The position numbers were made by a program, and so were the translations under genes. Source: Aeromonas eucrenophila (GTDB lineage Bacteria > Pseudomonadota > Gammaproteobacteria > Enterobacterales > Aeromonadaceae). From it: a DNA stretch of 24,000 bases. The number at the start of each line of letters is the position of its first letter. Within the stretch, counting starts at the first letter, position 1. This document shows positions 7,926 to 15,690 of this stretch, piece after piece. The notes below the pieces were generated by a model. That model saw nothing but the letters and a program-made list of their open reading frames with translations. It did no database searches and was not told the origin of the DNA. Location of the stretch: positions 22,924 to 46,923 of the forward strand of contig NZ_CDDF01000005.1 in the NCBI RefSeq assembly GCF_000819865.1. The letters are read 5' to 3'.

Positions 7926-9575
7926 ATGTTTTGTGTGCAATGTGAACAGACAATTCGTACCCCGGCAGGCAATGGCTGCGCTTACGCGCAAGGTATGTGC
8001 GGCAAGACGGCCGAAACCTCGGATCTGCAGGATGTGCTGATTTATACGCTGCAAGGCCTCAGCGCCTGGGCGTTGGCCGCCCGCGAGCACGGTATCGTCG
8101 ATGACGAGATCGATGCCTTCGTGCCCAAGGCGTTCTTCGCCACCCTCACCAACGTCAACTTCGACTCGGCTCGCATCGTCGCCTACGTCAATCAGGCGCT
8201 GGCCCATCGTCGTCACCTTGCCGCTCGCCTGGCCGAGCTGGCGGTGCAAGTGAACGAACTGCCCGCCGCCGCCGGTTTCGAGCCCGGTGACGAGCTGCTG
8301 GCCCAACTGGCCAATGCACCGCAAACCGCGGTCAACCGCGGCAAGCATGAAGTCAACGAAGACATCATGGGGCTGCGTCTGCTCTGCCTCTACGGCCTCA
8401 AGGGCGCCGCCGCCTACATGGAACACGCCCGGGTGCTGGATCAGCAAGACAGCGCCGTGGCCGCCGAATTCCACCGCATCATGAGCTGGCTGGGCACGGA
8501 TCCGAGCGATCTGGATCCCCTGTTCAAGTGCGCAATGGACATCGGTCTGCTGAACTTCAAGATCATGGAAATGCTGGATCTCGGTGAAACCACCGCCTTC
8601 GGCCACCCGGAGCCGACTCAGGTCCGCGTCACCCCGGTGCCGGGCAAGTGCATCCTGGTCTCCGGCCATGACATGGTGGATCTCAAGCTCATCCTGGAGC
8701 AGACCGCAGGCACTGGCATCAACGTTTACACCCACGGTGAGATGCTGCCCGCCCTGGCCTACCCCTTCTTCAAGCAGTACCCGCACCTGGTGGGCAACTA
8801 TGGCTCCGCCTGGCAGAACCAGCAGAAGGAGTTCGCGAACTTCCCCGGCGCCGTGGTGATGACCTCCAACTGCATCATCGACCCGAACGTGGGCGACTAC
8901 AGCGATCGCATTTTCACCCGTTCCATCGTCGGCTGGCCTGGCGTGACCCACCTGGAAGGGGAAGATTTCTCCGTCGTGGTTGCCAAGGCGCAGGCGCTGG
9001 AGGGCTTCAAGCACGTTGAGCTCGAGCACTTCATCACCATCGGCTTTGCCCGCAACGCCCTGATGCAAGCTGCCCCTGCGGTGATCGACAAGGTCAAGGC
9101 CGGCGAGATCAGCCACTTCTTCCTGGTCGGTGGCTGTGACGGCGACCGTGCCGAGCGCGCTTACTACACCGAGTTTGCCAAGGCGATTCCGCAGGACAGC
9201 CTGTTGCTGACCCTGGGTTGCGGCAAGTACAAGTTCAACAAGCTCGACTTTGGCGACATCGGCGGCATCCCCCGCCTGCTGGACGTGGGTCAGTGCAACG
9301 ACGCCTACTCCGCCATCCAGCTCGCGCTGGCGCTGTCCGAGGCGTTCGAGTGCGGCGTCAACGATCTGCCGCTGACCCTGGTGCTTTCCTGGTTCGAGCA
9401 AAAGGCCATCGTCATCCTGCTCACCCTGTTGGCGCTCGGCGTGAAGGACATCCGTACCGGCCCGACCGCACCGGCCTTCCTGACCCCGGCCCTGCTCAAG
9501 GTGTTGGAAGAGCAGTTCGGTCTCAAGGGAACCACTACTGCAGAGGCGGATCTGGCCGAGATCCTGGCTGCTTGA
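7926..9575 (+). CDS. hcp: Hydroxylamine reductase / hybrid-cluster protein
   Basis: Starts MFCVQCEQT, as E. coli Hcp does. AGGAG is at 7914-7918, 7 nt before ATG 7926; the track start 7923 is one codon earlier. The length is that of a full hybrid-cluster protein (~550 aa), with conserved Cys motifs and GGCDG. Note the symbol clash with the T6SS Hcp at 14947. Confidence 0.95.
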   Translation: MFCVQCEQTIRTPAGNGCAYAQGMCGKTAETSDLQDVLIYTLQGLSAWALAAREHGIVDDEIDAFVPKAFFATLTNVNFDSARIVAYVNQALAHRRHLAARLAELAVQVNELPAAAGFEPGDELLAQLANAPQTAVNRGKHEVNEDIMGLRLLCLYGLKGAAAYMEHARVLDQQDSAVAAEFHRIMSWLGTDPSDLDPLFKCAMDIGLLNFKIMEMLDLGETTAFGHPEPTQVRVTPVPGKCILVSGHDMVDLKLILEQTAGTGINVYTHGEMLPALAYPFFKQYPHLVGNYGSAWQNQQKEFANFPGAVVMTSNCIIDPNVGDYSDRIFTRSIVGWPGVTHLEGEDFSVVVAKAQALEGFKHVELEHFITIGFARNALMQAAPAVIDKVKAGEISHFFLVGGCDGDRAERAYYTEFAKAIPQDSLLLTLGCGKYKFNKLDFGDIGGIPRLLDVGQCNDAYSAIQLALALSEAFECGVNDLPLTLVLSWFEQKAIVILLTLLALGVKDIRTGPTAPAFLTPALLKVLEEQFGLKGTTTAEADLAEILAA

Positions 9576-9656
9576 TCAAGGTGCGGGAGACATAGTCCGG
9601 TCTCAAGGGCACCACCAGGGCCGAAGCCGGTCTGGCCGAGATCCTGGCGGCCTGAT
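9517..9656 (+). repeat. Tandem degenerate duplication of the last ~59 nt of hcp, including the stop codon
   Basis: Copy 1 (9517-9575) and copy 2 (9597-9655) are offset by 80 nt. By hand alignment 48 of 59 positions are identical. Copy 2 would read GLKGTTRAEAGLAEILAA-stop against the genuine [18 protein letters not shown]-stop. Confidence 0.85.
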
Positions 9657-9701
9657 CCGGGCTTTTTCCGGCCAGACGCATTTCGCATGTTGTAAGCCTT
9701 T

Positions 9702-9728
9702 GGCGAGCCGATTGGCTCGCCTTTTTTT
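9702..9728 (+). terminator. Canonical intrinsic terminator between hcp and hcr
   Basis: Stem GGCGAGCC (9702-9709), loop GATT, stem GGCTCGCC (9714-9721), then seven T residues (9722-9728). Confidence 0.75.
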
Positions 9729-9778
9729 CAAACAAGGCTGTTCATCAGACCTTTTACATTCGATAGAGGAGCCTAGTG

Positions 9779-10786
9779 ATGAGCTCAACGTCTCTCACGC
9801 TCAGATGCACCGCACGCCGGGCGGATACCCACGATGTGACCAGCTGGCAATTTGCCTCGCTAACGGGCGACCTGCCCCCCGTGCTGGCCGGCCAGTGCAT
9901 CACCCTGCACACCGAAATAGACGGCAAGCCCCAGTGCCGCGCCTATACCCTCTCCTCCAGCCCGCAGGATGCCTGTTGGCAGGTCACCATCAAGGACGTG
10001 GGGCTGGTCTCTCACCATCTGCACCAGAGCCTCCAGGTGGGGGACGAGATCCGGGTCGAGGGCCCCTTCGGCGACTTTCATCTGACCGCCTTGCCCTGCG
10101 AGCGACCGCTGCTGCTGAGCGCGGGCTCCGGCATCACCCCCATGTGGGCCATGCTGCGGGACGAGCTCGCCAAGCGACCCGAGGCGGATGTTCGCTTCAT
10201 CCACAGCGCCCGTTCCCCCCAGGATGTGATCTTCGCGGGTGAATTGGCCGCCCTGGCAGAGGCACATCCCGGTGTGCGCCATGGGCTGGTGTTGGAGCAA
10301 GCCCCCGAGACTCACCCCTGGGTTGGTCGGCTCAGTCCGGAGATGCTCAAAGAGCTGGCGCCAGACTTGCTCAGCCGCCACGCCTACCTGTGCGGGCCGG
10401 CGCCTTACATGACGGCGGTCTGCACCATGCTGACGGCGCTGGGGCTGCCGGCAGATCAACTGCATCAGGAGTCGTTTGGCCTGCCTTCTGTTGCATCAGG
10501 AGCGGCGCCGGTTGCGGCCGCCGGCGACCATTTCTGGCTGACCCTCAAGAAGAGCGGCAAGAAGGTGAAGATACAGCCGGGACAGACCCTGCTGGCCGCG
10601 CTGGAAGGGGCGGGGGAGACCATGATGGCGGCCTGTCGCGCCGGGGTGTGCGGCTCCTGCCGCTGCACCACCACCGGTGAGATAGAGCGCCAGAGCGTGA
10701 TGACGCTGAGCGCGCAGGATCTCGAAAACGGGGTGGCGCTGGCCTGCTCCTGCATCGCCAAGGGGGATGTCAGCCTCGACTATTGA
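9779..10786 (+). CDS. hcr: NADH oxidoreductase for the hybrid-cluster protein (FNR-like FAD/NAD domain plus C-terminal 2Fe-2S ferredoxin)
   Basis: RAYTLSS (FAD RxYS motif), LLLSAGSGITPM (NAD), YLCGPAPYM, and C-terminal ACRAGVCGSCRC...ACSC (plant-type 2Fe-2S cysteines). It is collinear with E. coli Hcr. AGAGGA is at 9765-9770. GTG 9776 is an alternative start. Confidence 0.93.
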   Translation: MSSTSLTLRCTARRADTHDVTSWQFASLTGDLPPVLAGQCITLHTEIDGKPQCRAYTLSSSPQDACWQVTIKDVGLVSHHLHQSLQVGDEIRVEGPFGDFHLTALPCERPLLLSAGSGITPMWAMLRDELAKRPEADVRFIHSARSPQDVIFAGELAALAEAHPGVRHGLVLEQAPETHPWVGRLSPEMLKELAPDLLSRHAYLCGPAPYMTAVCTMLTALGLPADQLHQESFGLPSVASGAAPVAAAGDHFWLTLKKSGKKVKIQPGQTLLAALEGAGETMMAACRAGVCGSCRCTTTGEIERQSVMTLSAQDLENGVALACSCIAKGDVSLDY

Positions 10787-10869
10787 TGGCGCCATGAGCA
10801 TCCCTGTCTTCTCCCGTTGAAACCGGGCGGGTACACTTGGCCCAGTTTCAACGGAGCACGGGATAAAAA

Positions 10870-11895
10870 ATGACAATCTTGGTCACGGGGGGCGCCGGTT
10901 ACATCGGCTCCCACACCCTGGTGGAGCTGCTGGAGGCCGGGCAGCAAGTGGTGGTACTGGATAACCTCTCCAACGCATCGCCGGAATCCCTCAAGCGGGT
11001 CGAGCGGATCACCGGCAAGGCGGTCACCTTCGTCGAGGGGGATATCCTCGACCGTGTTTGCCTGCAGGCGTTGTTCGCCAAGCACAGGATCGAATCGGTT
11101 ATTCACTTTGCCGGATTGAAAGCGGTAGGGGAGTCCAGCCAGATCCCGCTCACCTACTACCAGAACAACGTGACCGGTACCCTGGTGCTGTGCGAGGAGA
11201 TGGCCATGGCCGGGGTGTTCCGGCTGGTGTTCAGCTCCTCGGCTACCGTGTACGGGGATCCGGCTTCGGTACCGCTGCGGGAAGACTTCCCTACCGGCGC
11301 CACCAACCCCTACGGTCGCTCCAAGCTGATGGTGGAGGAGATACTGCGGGATCTTGCCAAATCCGATCCGCGCTGGGCCATCGTCCTGCTGCGCTACTTC
11401 AACCCAGTCGGCGCCCACCAGAGCGGTCTCATCGGCGAAGATCCCAACGGCATCCCCAACAACCTGCTGCCCTACATCAGTCAGGTCGGGGTGGGCAAGC
11501 TCAAGGAGTTGGGGGTATTCGGTGACGACTATCCGACGCCGGACGGCACCGGGGTACGCGACTATATCCACGTGGTGGATCTCGCCATCGGCCACTTGAA
11601 GGCGCTGGCACGCATCGCAAGCGACACCGGGGTGTTTACCTACAACCTCGGCACCGGCCAGGGTTACTCGGTGCTGGAGATGATCCGTGCATTCGAGGCG
11701 GCCAGTGGTCGCCCCATCCCTTATCAGATCAAGCCCCGCCGCCCCGGCGACATCGCCGAATGCTGGGCCGAACCTACCCTGGCCCGTGACGAGCTGGGCT
11801 GGCAAGCGATGCGTGGGCTGGAGCAGATGATGGTGGACACCTGGCGCTGGCAAAGCCAGAACCCGAATGGCTATGGTCCTGCTGCGAAGCCGTGA
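10870..11895 (+). CDS. galE: UDP-glucose 4-epimerase
   Basis: [21 protein letters not shown] and YGRSKLMVE (YxxxK), at full GalE length (341 aa). Confidence 0.95.
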   Translation: MTILVTGGAGYIGSHTLVELLEAGQQVVVLDNLSNASPESLKRVERITGKAVTFVEGDILDRVCLQALFAKHRIESVIHFAGLKAVGESSQIPLTYYQNNVTGTLVLCEEMAMAGVFRLVFSSSATVYGDPASVPLREDFPTGATNPYGRSKLMVEEILRDLAKSDPRWAIVLLRYFNPVGAHQSGLIGEDPNGIPNNLLPYISQVGVGKLKELGVFGDDYPTPDGTGVRDYIHVVDLAIGHLKALARIASDTGVFTYNLGTGQGYSVLEMIRAFEAASGRPIPYQIKPRRPGDIAECWAEPTLARDELGWQAMRGLEQMMVDTWRWQSQNPNGYGPAAKP

Positions 11896-11974
11896 TCAAG
11901 GGTCATGCGCAGCTCTTCGCCTTGCTGACCGCTTCTCGCGACGGCCTATCAGGCTTGATGGTTTGCAGCATGAA

Positions 11975-12008
11975 TAAAAAACGCCCCGACATTGCGGGGC
12001 GTTTTTTA
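11975..12008. terminator. Bidirectional intrinsic terminator shared by galE (+) and the DsbA-like gene (-)
   Basis: AAAAAA-CGCCCCG-acattg-CGGGGCG-TTTTTT, that is, a GC stem flanked by an A-run and a T-run between convergent genes. Confidence 0.85.
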
Positions 12009-12023
12009 TGGGGGCGGGCAGGA

Positions 12024-12773
12024 TTACTGAATGCTCTTGCCCGCGCGCACGTCCTTGATGATGGCCTGCAGGCTGGCCAGATCGCGCGGGGCACCACGCA
12101 GGATCTGATCGCCGATGATGAAGGCCGGCGTGCCCGAGATGCTCATGGCTTCGGCCAGGGCCCGGTTGGTGCCAAGGTTCTGATCGATGCTGCCATCCTT
12201 GATCTTCGCCTCGACCTTGCTCCAGTCCACCCCGGCGGCCTTGGCGACGGCTTTCACCTGGGCTTCGTCGGACAACGGGCCCTGATGGGCATACAGCTTG
12301 TCGTGGAAGGCCTGGTACTTGTCGGGCTGGCCGAGCTGTACCGCCAGCGCCGCGCGGGCGGCGTAGTAGGAGGTCTCGCTCAGGATGGGGAACTGCTTGT
12401 AGATGTAGCGGATCTCCTTGTCTTCGCCGAGCAGTTGCTGGATGAGCGGATGAGCGCGCTTGCAGTAGCCGCAGTTGTAGTCGAAGAACTCGACCACGGT
12501 CAGGCTGCCCTTGGGGTTGCCGCTTTCAGGATCCTTGTTGGAATAGAGCTGCTTGGCATGAGCCTCGATCAGCGACTTGTCGTTGGCGGACTGCTGGCTC
12601 TCCTGCTTGGCGCGCAGGGCGTTGGACATCTCGACCAGTATTTCCGGGTTCTTCACCAGATAGTCGCGCACTATCTGCTCGACATCCGTCTTGGTCAGCT
12701 CACTCGCCTGCAGCGGCGCCGCAAGCAGGGTCGCGCCAGTCAAGGCGGCGATCAGGGCATGTTTGATTCTCAT
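12024..12773 (-). CDS. Periplasmic DsbA-family thiol:disulfide oxidoreductase with N-terminal helical extension (ScsC/Com1-like)
   Basis: Signal peptide MRIKHALIAALTGATLLAAPLQA, thioredoxin-fold active site FFDYNCGYCKR (CxxC), and a C-terminal GTPAFIIG cis-Pro loop. Confidence 0.88.
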   Translation of the reverse strand: MRIKHALIAALTGATLLAAPLQASELTKTDVEQIVRDYLVKNPEILVEMSNALRAKQESQQSANDKSLIEAHAKQLYSNKDPESGNPKGSLTVVEFFDYNCGYCKRAHPLIQQLLGEDKEIRYIYKQFPILSETSYYAARAALAVQLGQPDKYQAFHDKLYAHQGPLSDEAQVKAVAKAAGVDWSKVEAKIKDGSIDQNLGTNRALAEAMSISGTPAFIIGDQILRGAPRDLASLQAIIKDVRAGKSIQ

Positions 12774-12927
12774 AGGTCCAACTTGCTGGGAATATCGTGG
12801 AGGCCACTATAGTGGTTGAGTCTGTTTTCAAGTCAAGTTGTCCGGCTTAAAAAGCACGGCTTGTGCCCAATTTACGGGTTTTATGCGTCATTTAGCCCAA
12901 TAAATCGGCAAACAGTCAGGGCGGGGA

Positions 12928-12956
12928 TTTACAAGCCAGATCGCGATGGGTAATAT
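12928..12956 (+). promoter_or_regulatory. Sigma70 promoter of tRNA-Ser
   Basis: TTTACA (12928-12933), a 17-nt spacer, TAATAT (12951-12956), then a GC-rich discriminator (tctGCGCac). The mature tRNA 5' end is 16 nt downstream. Confidence 0.7.
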
Positions 12957-12971
12957 TCTGCGCACTGCTGC

Positions 12972-13059
12972 GGAGGGGTGGCAGAGCGGCTGAATGCACC
13001 GGTCTTGAAAACCGGCGATGGGCGACCATCCGTGGGTTCAAATCCCACCTCCTCCGCCA
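12972..13059 (+). tRNA. tRNA-Ser, anticodon UGA
   Basis: Folded by hand. The acceptor stem is GGAGGGG/CTCCTCC (one G-U), the anticodon stem is CCGGT/ACCGG with loop CT-TGA-AA, and there is a long variable arm (GATGG/CCATC). The T arm is GTGGG-TTCAAAT-CCCAC, followed by discriminator G and an encoded CCA. Confidence 0.93.
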
Positions 13060-13066
13060 TTTATAT

Positions 13067-13098
13067 AGCCCAATCGATTGAATCGGTTGGGCTTTTTT
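13067..13098 (+). terminator. Intrinsic terminator after tRNA-Ser
   Basis: AGCCCAATCGAT...ATCGGTTGGGCT hairpin (one T-G pair) followed by TTTTTT (13093-13098). Confidence 0.8.
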
Positions 13099-13947
13099 GT
13101 GTCTGAAAATTCTGGTGCGTACCCGTTGGTGTTGCTCCCTCTGCTGGCCAGCCTGTTGCAAACCTGAGCCGCCTTCTGCCTGAATGACAACCTGCGGCGG
13201 TGCTGGATACTGCTAACTCCCCTCTAGTGGCTGGTCAGCATCCTGCTGATGGGCGCCCCCGTGACGGCCCTGATGGAGGGACTCTTTCTCATCAGCCATC
13301 TGGTGAGTTATTACCGCTTCCACGTTCGCAAGACACCCATCCAGAAGGATTGCCAGCAGGCACGATGAAGGGCCCTATGGCCAGTCCATCCAGGGAAAAA
13401 CCTGCTCGATACCGCCAGAATAGGGCCCATCATTCGTGGTATGAATGATGGCTCGATAGTCATAAATCAGAAGAATAATCAGAGAGCGAACGTGGGCAAT
13501 CGCCAGCCATCTTGGCGGCGACTTCCGGGTCCTGGCTTTCCCCGTCGGTCTGGAGACGTTTTGCAACAATAGGGCGTGGTGTACTTGGCTAAGAGTCGGG
13601 CTGCCAGGGCCAGCAGCCTCGCCTTGCCCACGCCAGAGATCCTCATGTCAGTTGAGGAGTGGCAGTTGACTATGCTGGCATCTGTGCTTTTAACACATTG
13701 AATTTATGCATGATTATCGAGATAAATCATATAATGCCTTATTAATCATGTAATAACTGGTGTTTTAGAGGATTTGATGAGCATTGTCCTCGTCCGACAT
13801 GATTACGCATTTATGTACTCCAAGTAGCTGAATAACTTGTTCTTTATTTTTTGTATCTCAATTGTTTCAACCTGTTAACATGCGATTCAGCGCCCATTGG
13901 GTTTTCTGTTGAACAATAGAGCTACCCTTTCCAAGCGACATCGTGAC

Positions 13948-14712
13948 ATGGATACAACTGACGCATTAGACCTCATCTCCCAGTTCGACCGAGCCGGCGA
14001 TGAAGGCACCATAGTGGCCTTGCTGCGCAAGCTGACGGTGCAAATGGGGTTCGATCATTTTCGTCTGGCGCTGATTTTCCCGAATACCATACAACGGCCG
14101 GATGTCATCATCTTCAACGGCTGCCCGCAGGCCTGGGTGGATGCCTATACCCGGGCCAATTTCCTGGCCATCGATCCCGTGGTGCTGCGTGGCATGGTGC
14201 AGAGTACCCCTATCCTGTGGGCGGACCTCATGAGCGAGGGAGCCTGCGATGAGCAGAGTCTGGCGGTCATGACGCTGGCCCAGGAGGCAGGGCTGCGCGA
14301 TGGCATCACCTTCCCCTGGCACGGTGCCAATGGCCATGTAGGCCTGCTCTCCCTGATCAGCCGCGAACCTCGCAGCAGTCAGCAGTGGCTGGCCGTTACC
14401 CCTTCTCTCACCTGGTTATCCATGCATATCTTCGAGGCCGTTGCCCGGGTATGCCTGGTGGGTCTGTCGCCCCACGATGCCTTGAGCCTGCGCGAGCTGG
14501 AAGTGTGCCGCTGGGCGGCGGAGGGCAAACAGGTGAGTGACATCGCCCAGATCCTGGGGATCACCCCGCGTACTGTGACGTTTCATCTGAACAACGTGGT
14601 CACCAAGCTGGGGGCGAGCAGCAAGTGCCAGGCCATCTCCTGGGCCCTCAAGCAGGGGGTCGTCAGATTGAATGTCGAGCTGGCGTCTCTGGTCAATGTG
14701 GATGAGAAGTAG
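13948..14712 (+). CDS. LuxR-family regulator with N-terminal autoinducer-binding domain and C-terminal GerE-type HTH; no luxI in the window (LuxR solo)
   Basis: ATG 13948 (MDTTDALD...) gives 254 aa, a typical LuxR size; the track start 13897 is a TTG. The ligand-domain residues W-x3-Y-x8-DP-x13-W-x27-G have exactly the spacing of TraR W57/Y61/D70/P71/W85/G113. The HTH is LSLRELEVCRWAAEGKQVSDIAQILGITPRTVTFHLNNVVTKLG. Confidence 0.88.
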   Translation: MDTTDALDLISQFDRAGDEGTIVALLRKLTVQMGFDHFRLALIFPNTIQRPDVIIFNGCPQAWVDAYTRANFLAIDPVVLRGMVQSTPILWADLMSEGACDEQSLAVMTLAQEAGLRDGITFPWHGANGHVGLLSLISREPRSSQQWLAVTPSLTWLSMHIFEAVARVCLVGLSPHDALSLRELEVCRWAAEGKQVSDIAQILGITPRTVTFHLNNVVTKLGASSKCQAISWALKQGVVRLNVELASLVNVDEK

Positions 14713-14880
14713 TGATCTCGTCTTTATGGAGCAAAAAATGGCGCGCAATTCAGAGTTTTATGCCGCCTGGGCAATCATTGGTGGTTTAAAAGAGGGTGAG
14801 ACACAACTTGTTGCGCCATTCATGCTGATGATTGCGCAGGGTTTGCTAGTAACACATTGAAATATATCAATAAAAATGAG

Positions 14881-14896
14881 TGGCATGGTCACTGCT
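14881..14896 (+). promoter_or_regulatory. Sigma54 (-24/-12) promoter upstream of T6SS hcp
   Basis: TGGCATGGTCACTGCT compared with the consensus TGGCACG-N4-TTGCW. GG is at 14882-14883 and GC at 14894-14895, the canonical spacing. It lies 51 nt upstream of the hcp ATG. Confidence 0.7.
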
Positions 14897-14946
14897 AAGG
14901 GTTTCGGTCGAGTGTCATTACCGTTCAACCCATCAGGAGCATACCC

Positions 14947-15465
14947 ATGCCAACTCCATGTTATATCAGCATCGAAGGTAAAACTCAGGGCAACATCACC
15001 GCCGGTGCCTTCACCTCTGACTCCGTCGGCAACATCTTCGTGCAGGGCCATGAAGACGAGATGCTGGTTCAGGAATTCCAACACGTCGTCACAGTGCCGA
15101 CTGATCCGCAATCCGGCCAACCTGCCGGCCAGCGTGTCCACAAGCCGTTCAAGTTCACCGTCGCGCTGAACAAAGCCGTACCGCTGATGTACAACTCCCT
15201 GGCTTCCGGCGAGATGCTGCCGACAGTGACCCTGAAGTGGTACCGCACCTCGGTCGAGGGCAAGCAGGAACACTTCTTCTCGACCGTGCTGACCGACGCC
15301 ACCATAGTCGACATCGACTGCCAGATGCCGCACTGCCAGGATCCGGCAAAGTCCGACTTCACCCAGCTGATCCAGGTCTCCCTGGCCTACCGCAAGATCG
15401 ACTGGGAGCACACCGTTGCCGGCACTTCCGGTGCCGATGACTGGCGCGCGCCCATCGAGGCTTAA
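14947..15465 (+). CDS. hcp: Type VI secretion tube protein Hcp (TssD)
   Basis: 172 aa, MPTPCYISIEGKTQGNITAGAFTSDSVGNIFVQGHEDEMLVQEF...KPFKFTVALNKAVPLMYN...LKWYRTS. This is near-collinear with Vibrio/Aeromonas Hcp as I recall them. The Shine-Dalgarno AGGAG is at 14935-14939. Confidence 0.96.
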   Translation: MPTPCYISIEGKTQGNITAGAFTSDSVGNIFVQGHEDEMLVQEFQHVVTVPTDPQSGQPAGQRVHKPFKFTVALNKAVPLMYNSLASGEMLPTVTLKWYRTSVEGKQEHFFSTVLTDATIVDIDCQMPHCQDPAKSDFTQLIQVSLAYRKIDWEHTVAGTSGADDWRAPIEA

Positions 15466-15539
15466 TCCTCGGTGTTATCGAGCTATTCCTTGTAGTGCAT
15501 TTCTGGGCCTGACTGCCAAGTCAGGCCTGTGCAAGCTTT

Positions 15540-15581
15540 CTCCAACCTGCCTGTCCTGGCCGGTTGGAGCTTTTGTGTTTT
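15540..15581 (+). terminator. Intrinsic terminator/attenuator between hcp and vgrG
   Basis: CTCCAACC (15540-15547) pairs with GGTTGGAG (15562-15569), followed by CTTTTGTGTTTT. It is preceded by a second 9-bp hairpin, GGCCTGACT-gcca-AGTCAGGCC (15506-15527). Confidence 0.6.
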
Positions 15582-15690
15582 GCCATCTGGTCGGGCGGGC
15601 CGGATGGCAAAGCACAACAGAGGCCAGTCGTGATCTGTCCCACCATGGCATTCGGCTTGGGCAGCGGGCAGGCAGGATAAGGAGCCACTG

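Noticed and set aside
7863-9401. 512-aa ORF on the minus strand.
   Set aside because: It is exactly antisense to the clearly recognisable hybrid-cluster protein gene. Its translation is low-complexity (G/A/L/V/H/Q-rich) with no motifs. It is a typical shadow ORF of high-GC DNA.
10814-10854. The 10-bp inverted repeat CCGTTGAAAC...GTTTCAACGG between hcr and galE.
   Set aside because: It has a 21-nt loop and no T-tract, so it is not callable as a terminator. It could be a protein site or an RNA element, but nothing in the sequence supports that.
10780-12812. A 357-aa minus-strand ORF (10780-11853) and a 306-aa plus-strand ORF (11892-12812).
   Set aside because: They are antisense to galE and to the DsbA-like gene respectively. 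Both partner strands encode proteins with unmistakable family motifs, and the 11892 ORF would run straight through a bidirectional terminator.
13200-13569. ORFs 13200-13448 (+, 82 aa) and 13375-13569 (-, 64 aa), possibly IS or transposase remnants (an RW..I..-like string, and a GVGKARLLALAA HhH-like string on the minus strand).
   Set aside because: They have no start context and are frame-hopping fragments only. Resemblance to IS4/IS110 transposase motifs is too weak to claim by eye. I treat them as possible gene decay, not as features.
13870-13892. A lux-box-like CTG...CAG element (cctgttaacatgcgattcag) upstream of the LuxR solo.
   Set aside because: The spacing between CTG and CAG is 13 nt rather than the canonical 10, and the arms are not otherwise palindromic.
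14672-14860. A 62-aa ORF overlapping the 3' end of the LuxR gene and the hcp upstream region.
   Set aside because: It overlaps a well-supported CDS in another frame and lies over the predicted regulatory region. It has no Shine-Dalgarno sequence and no motif.
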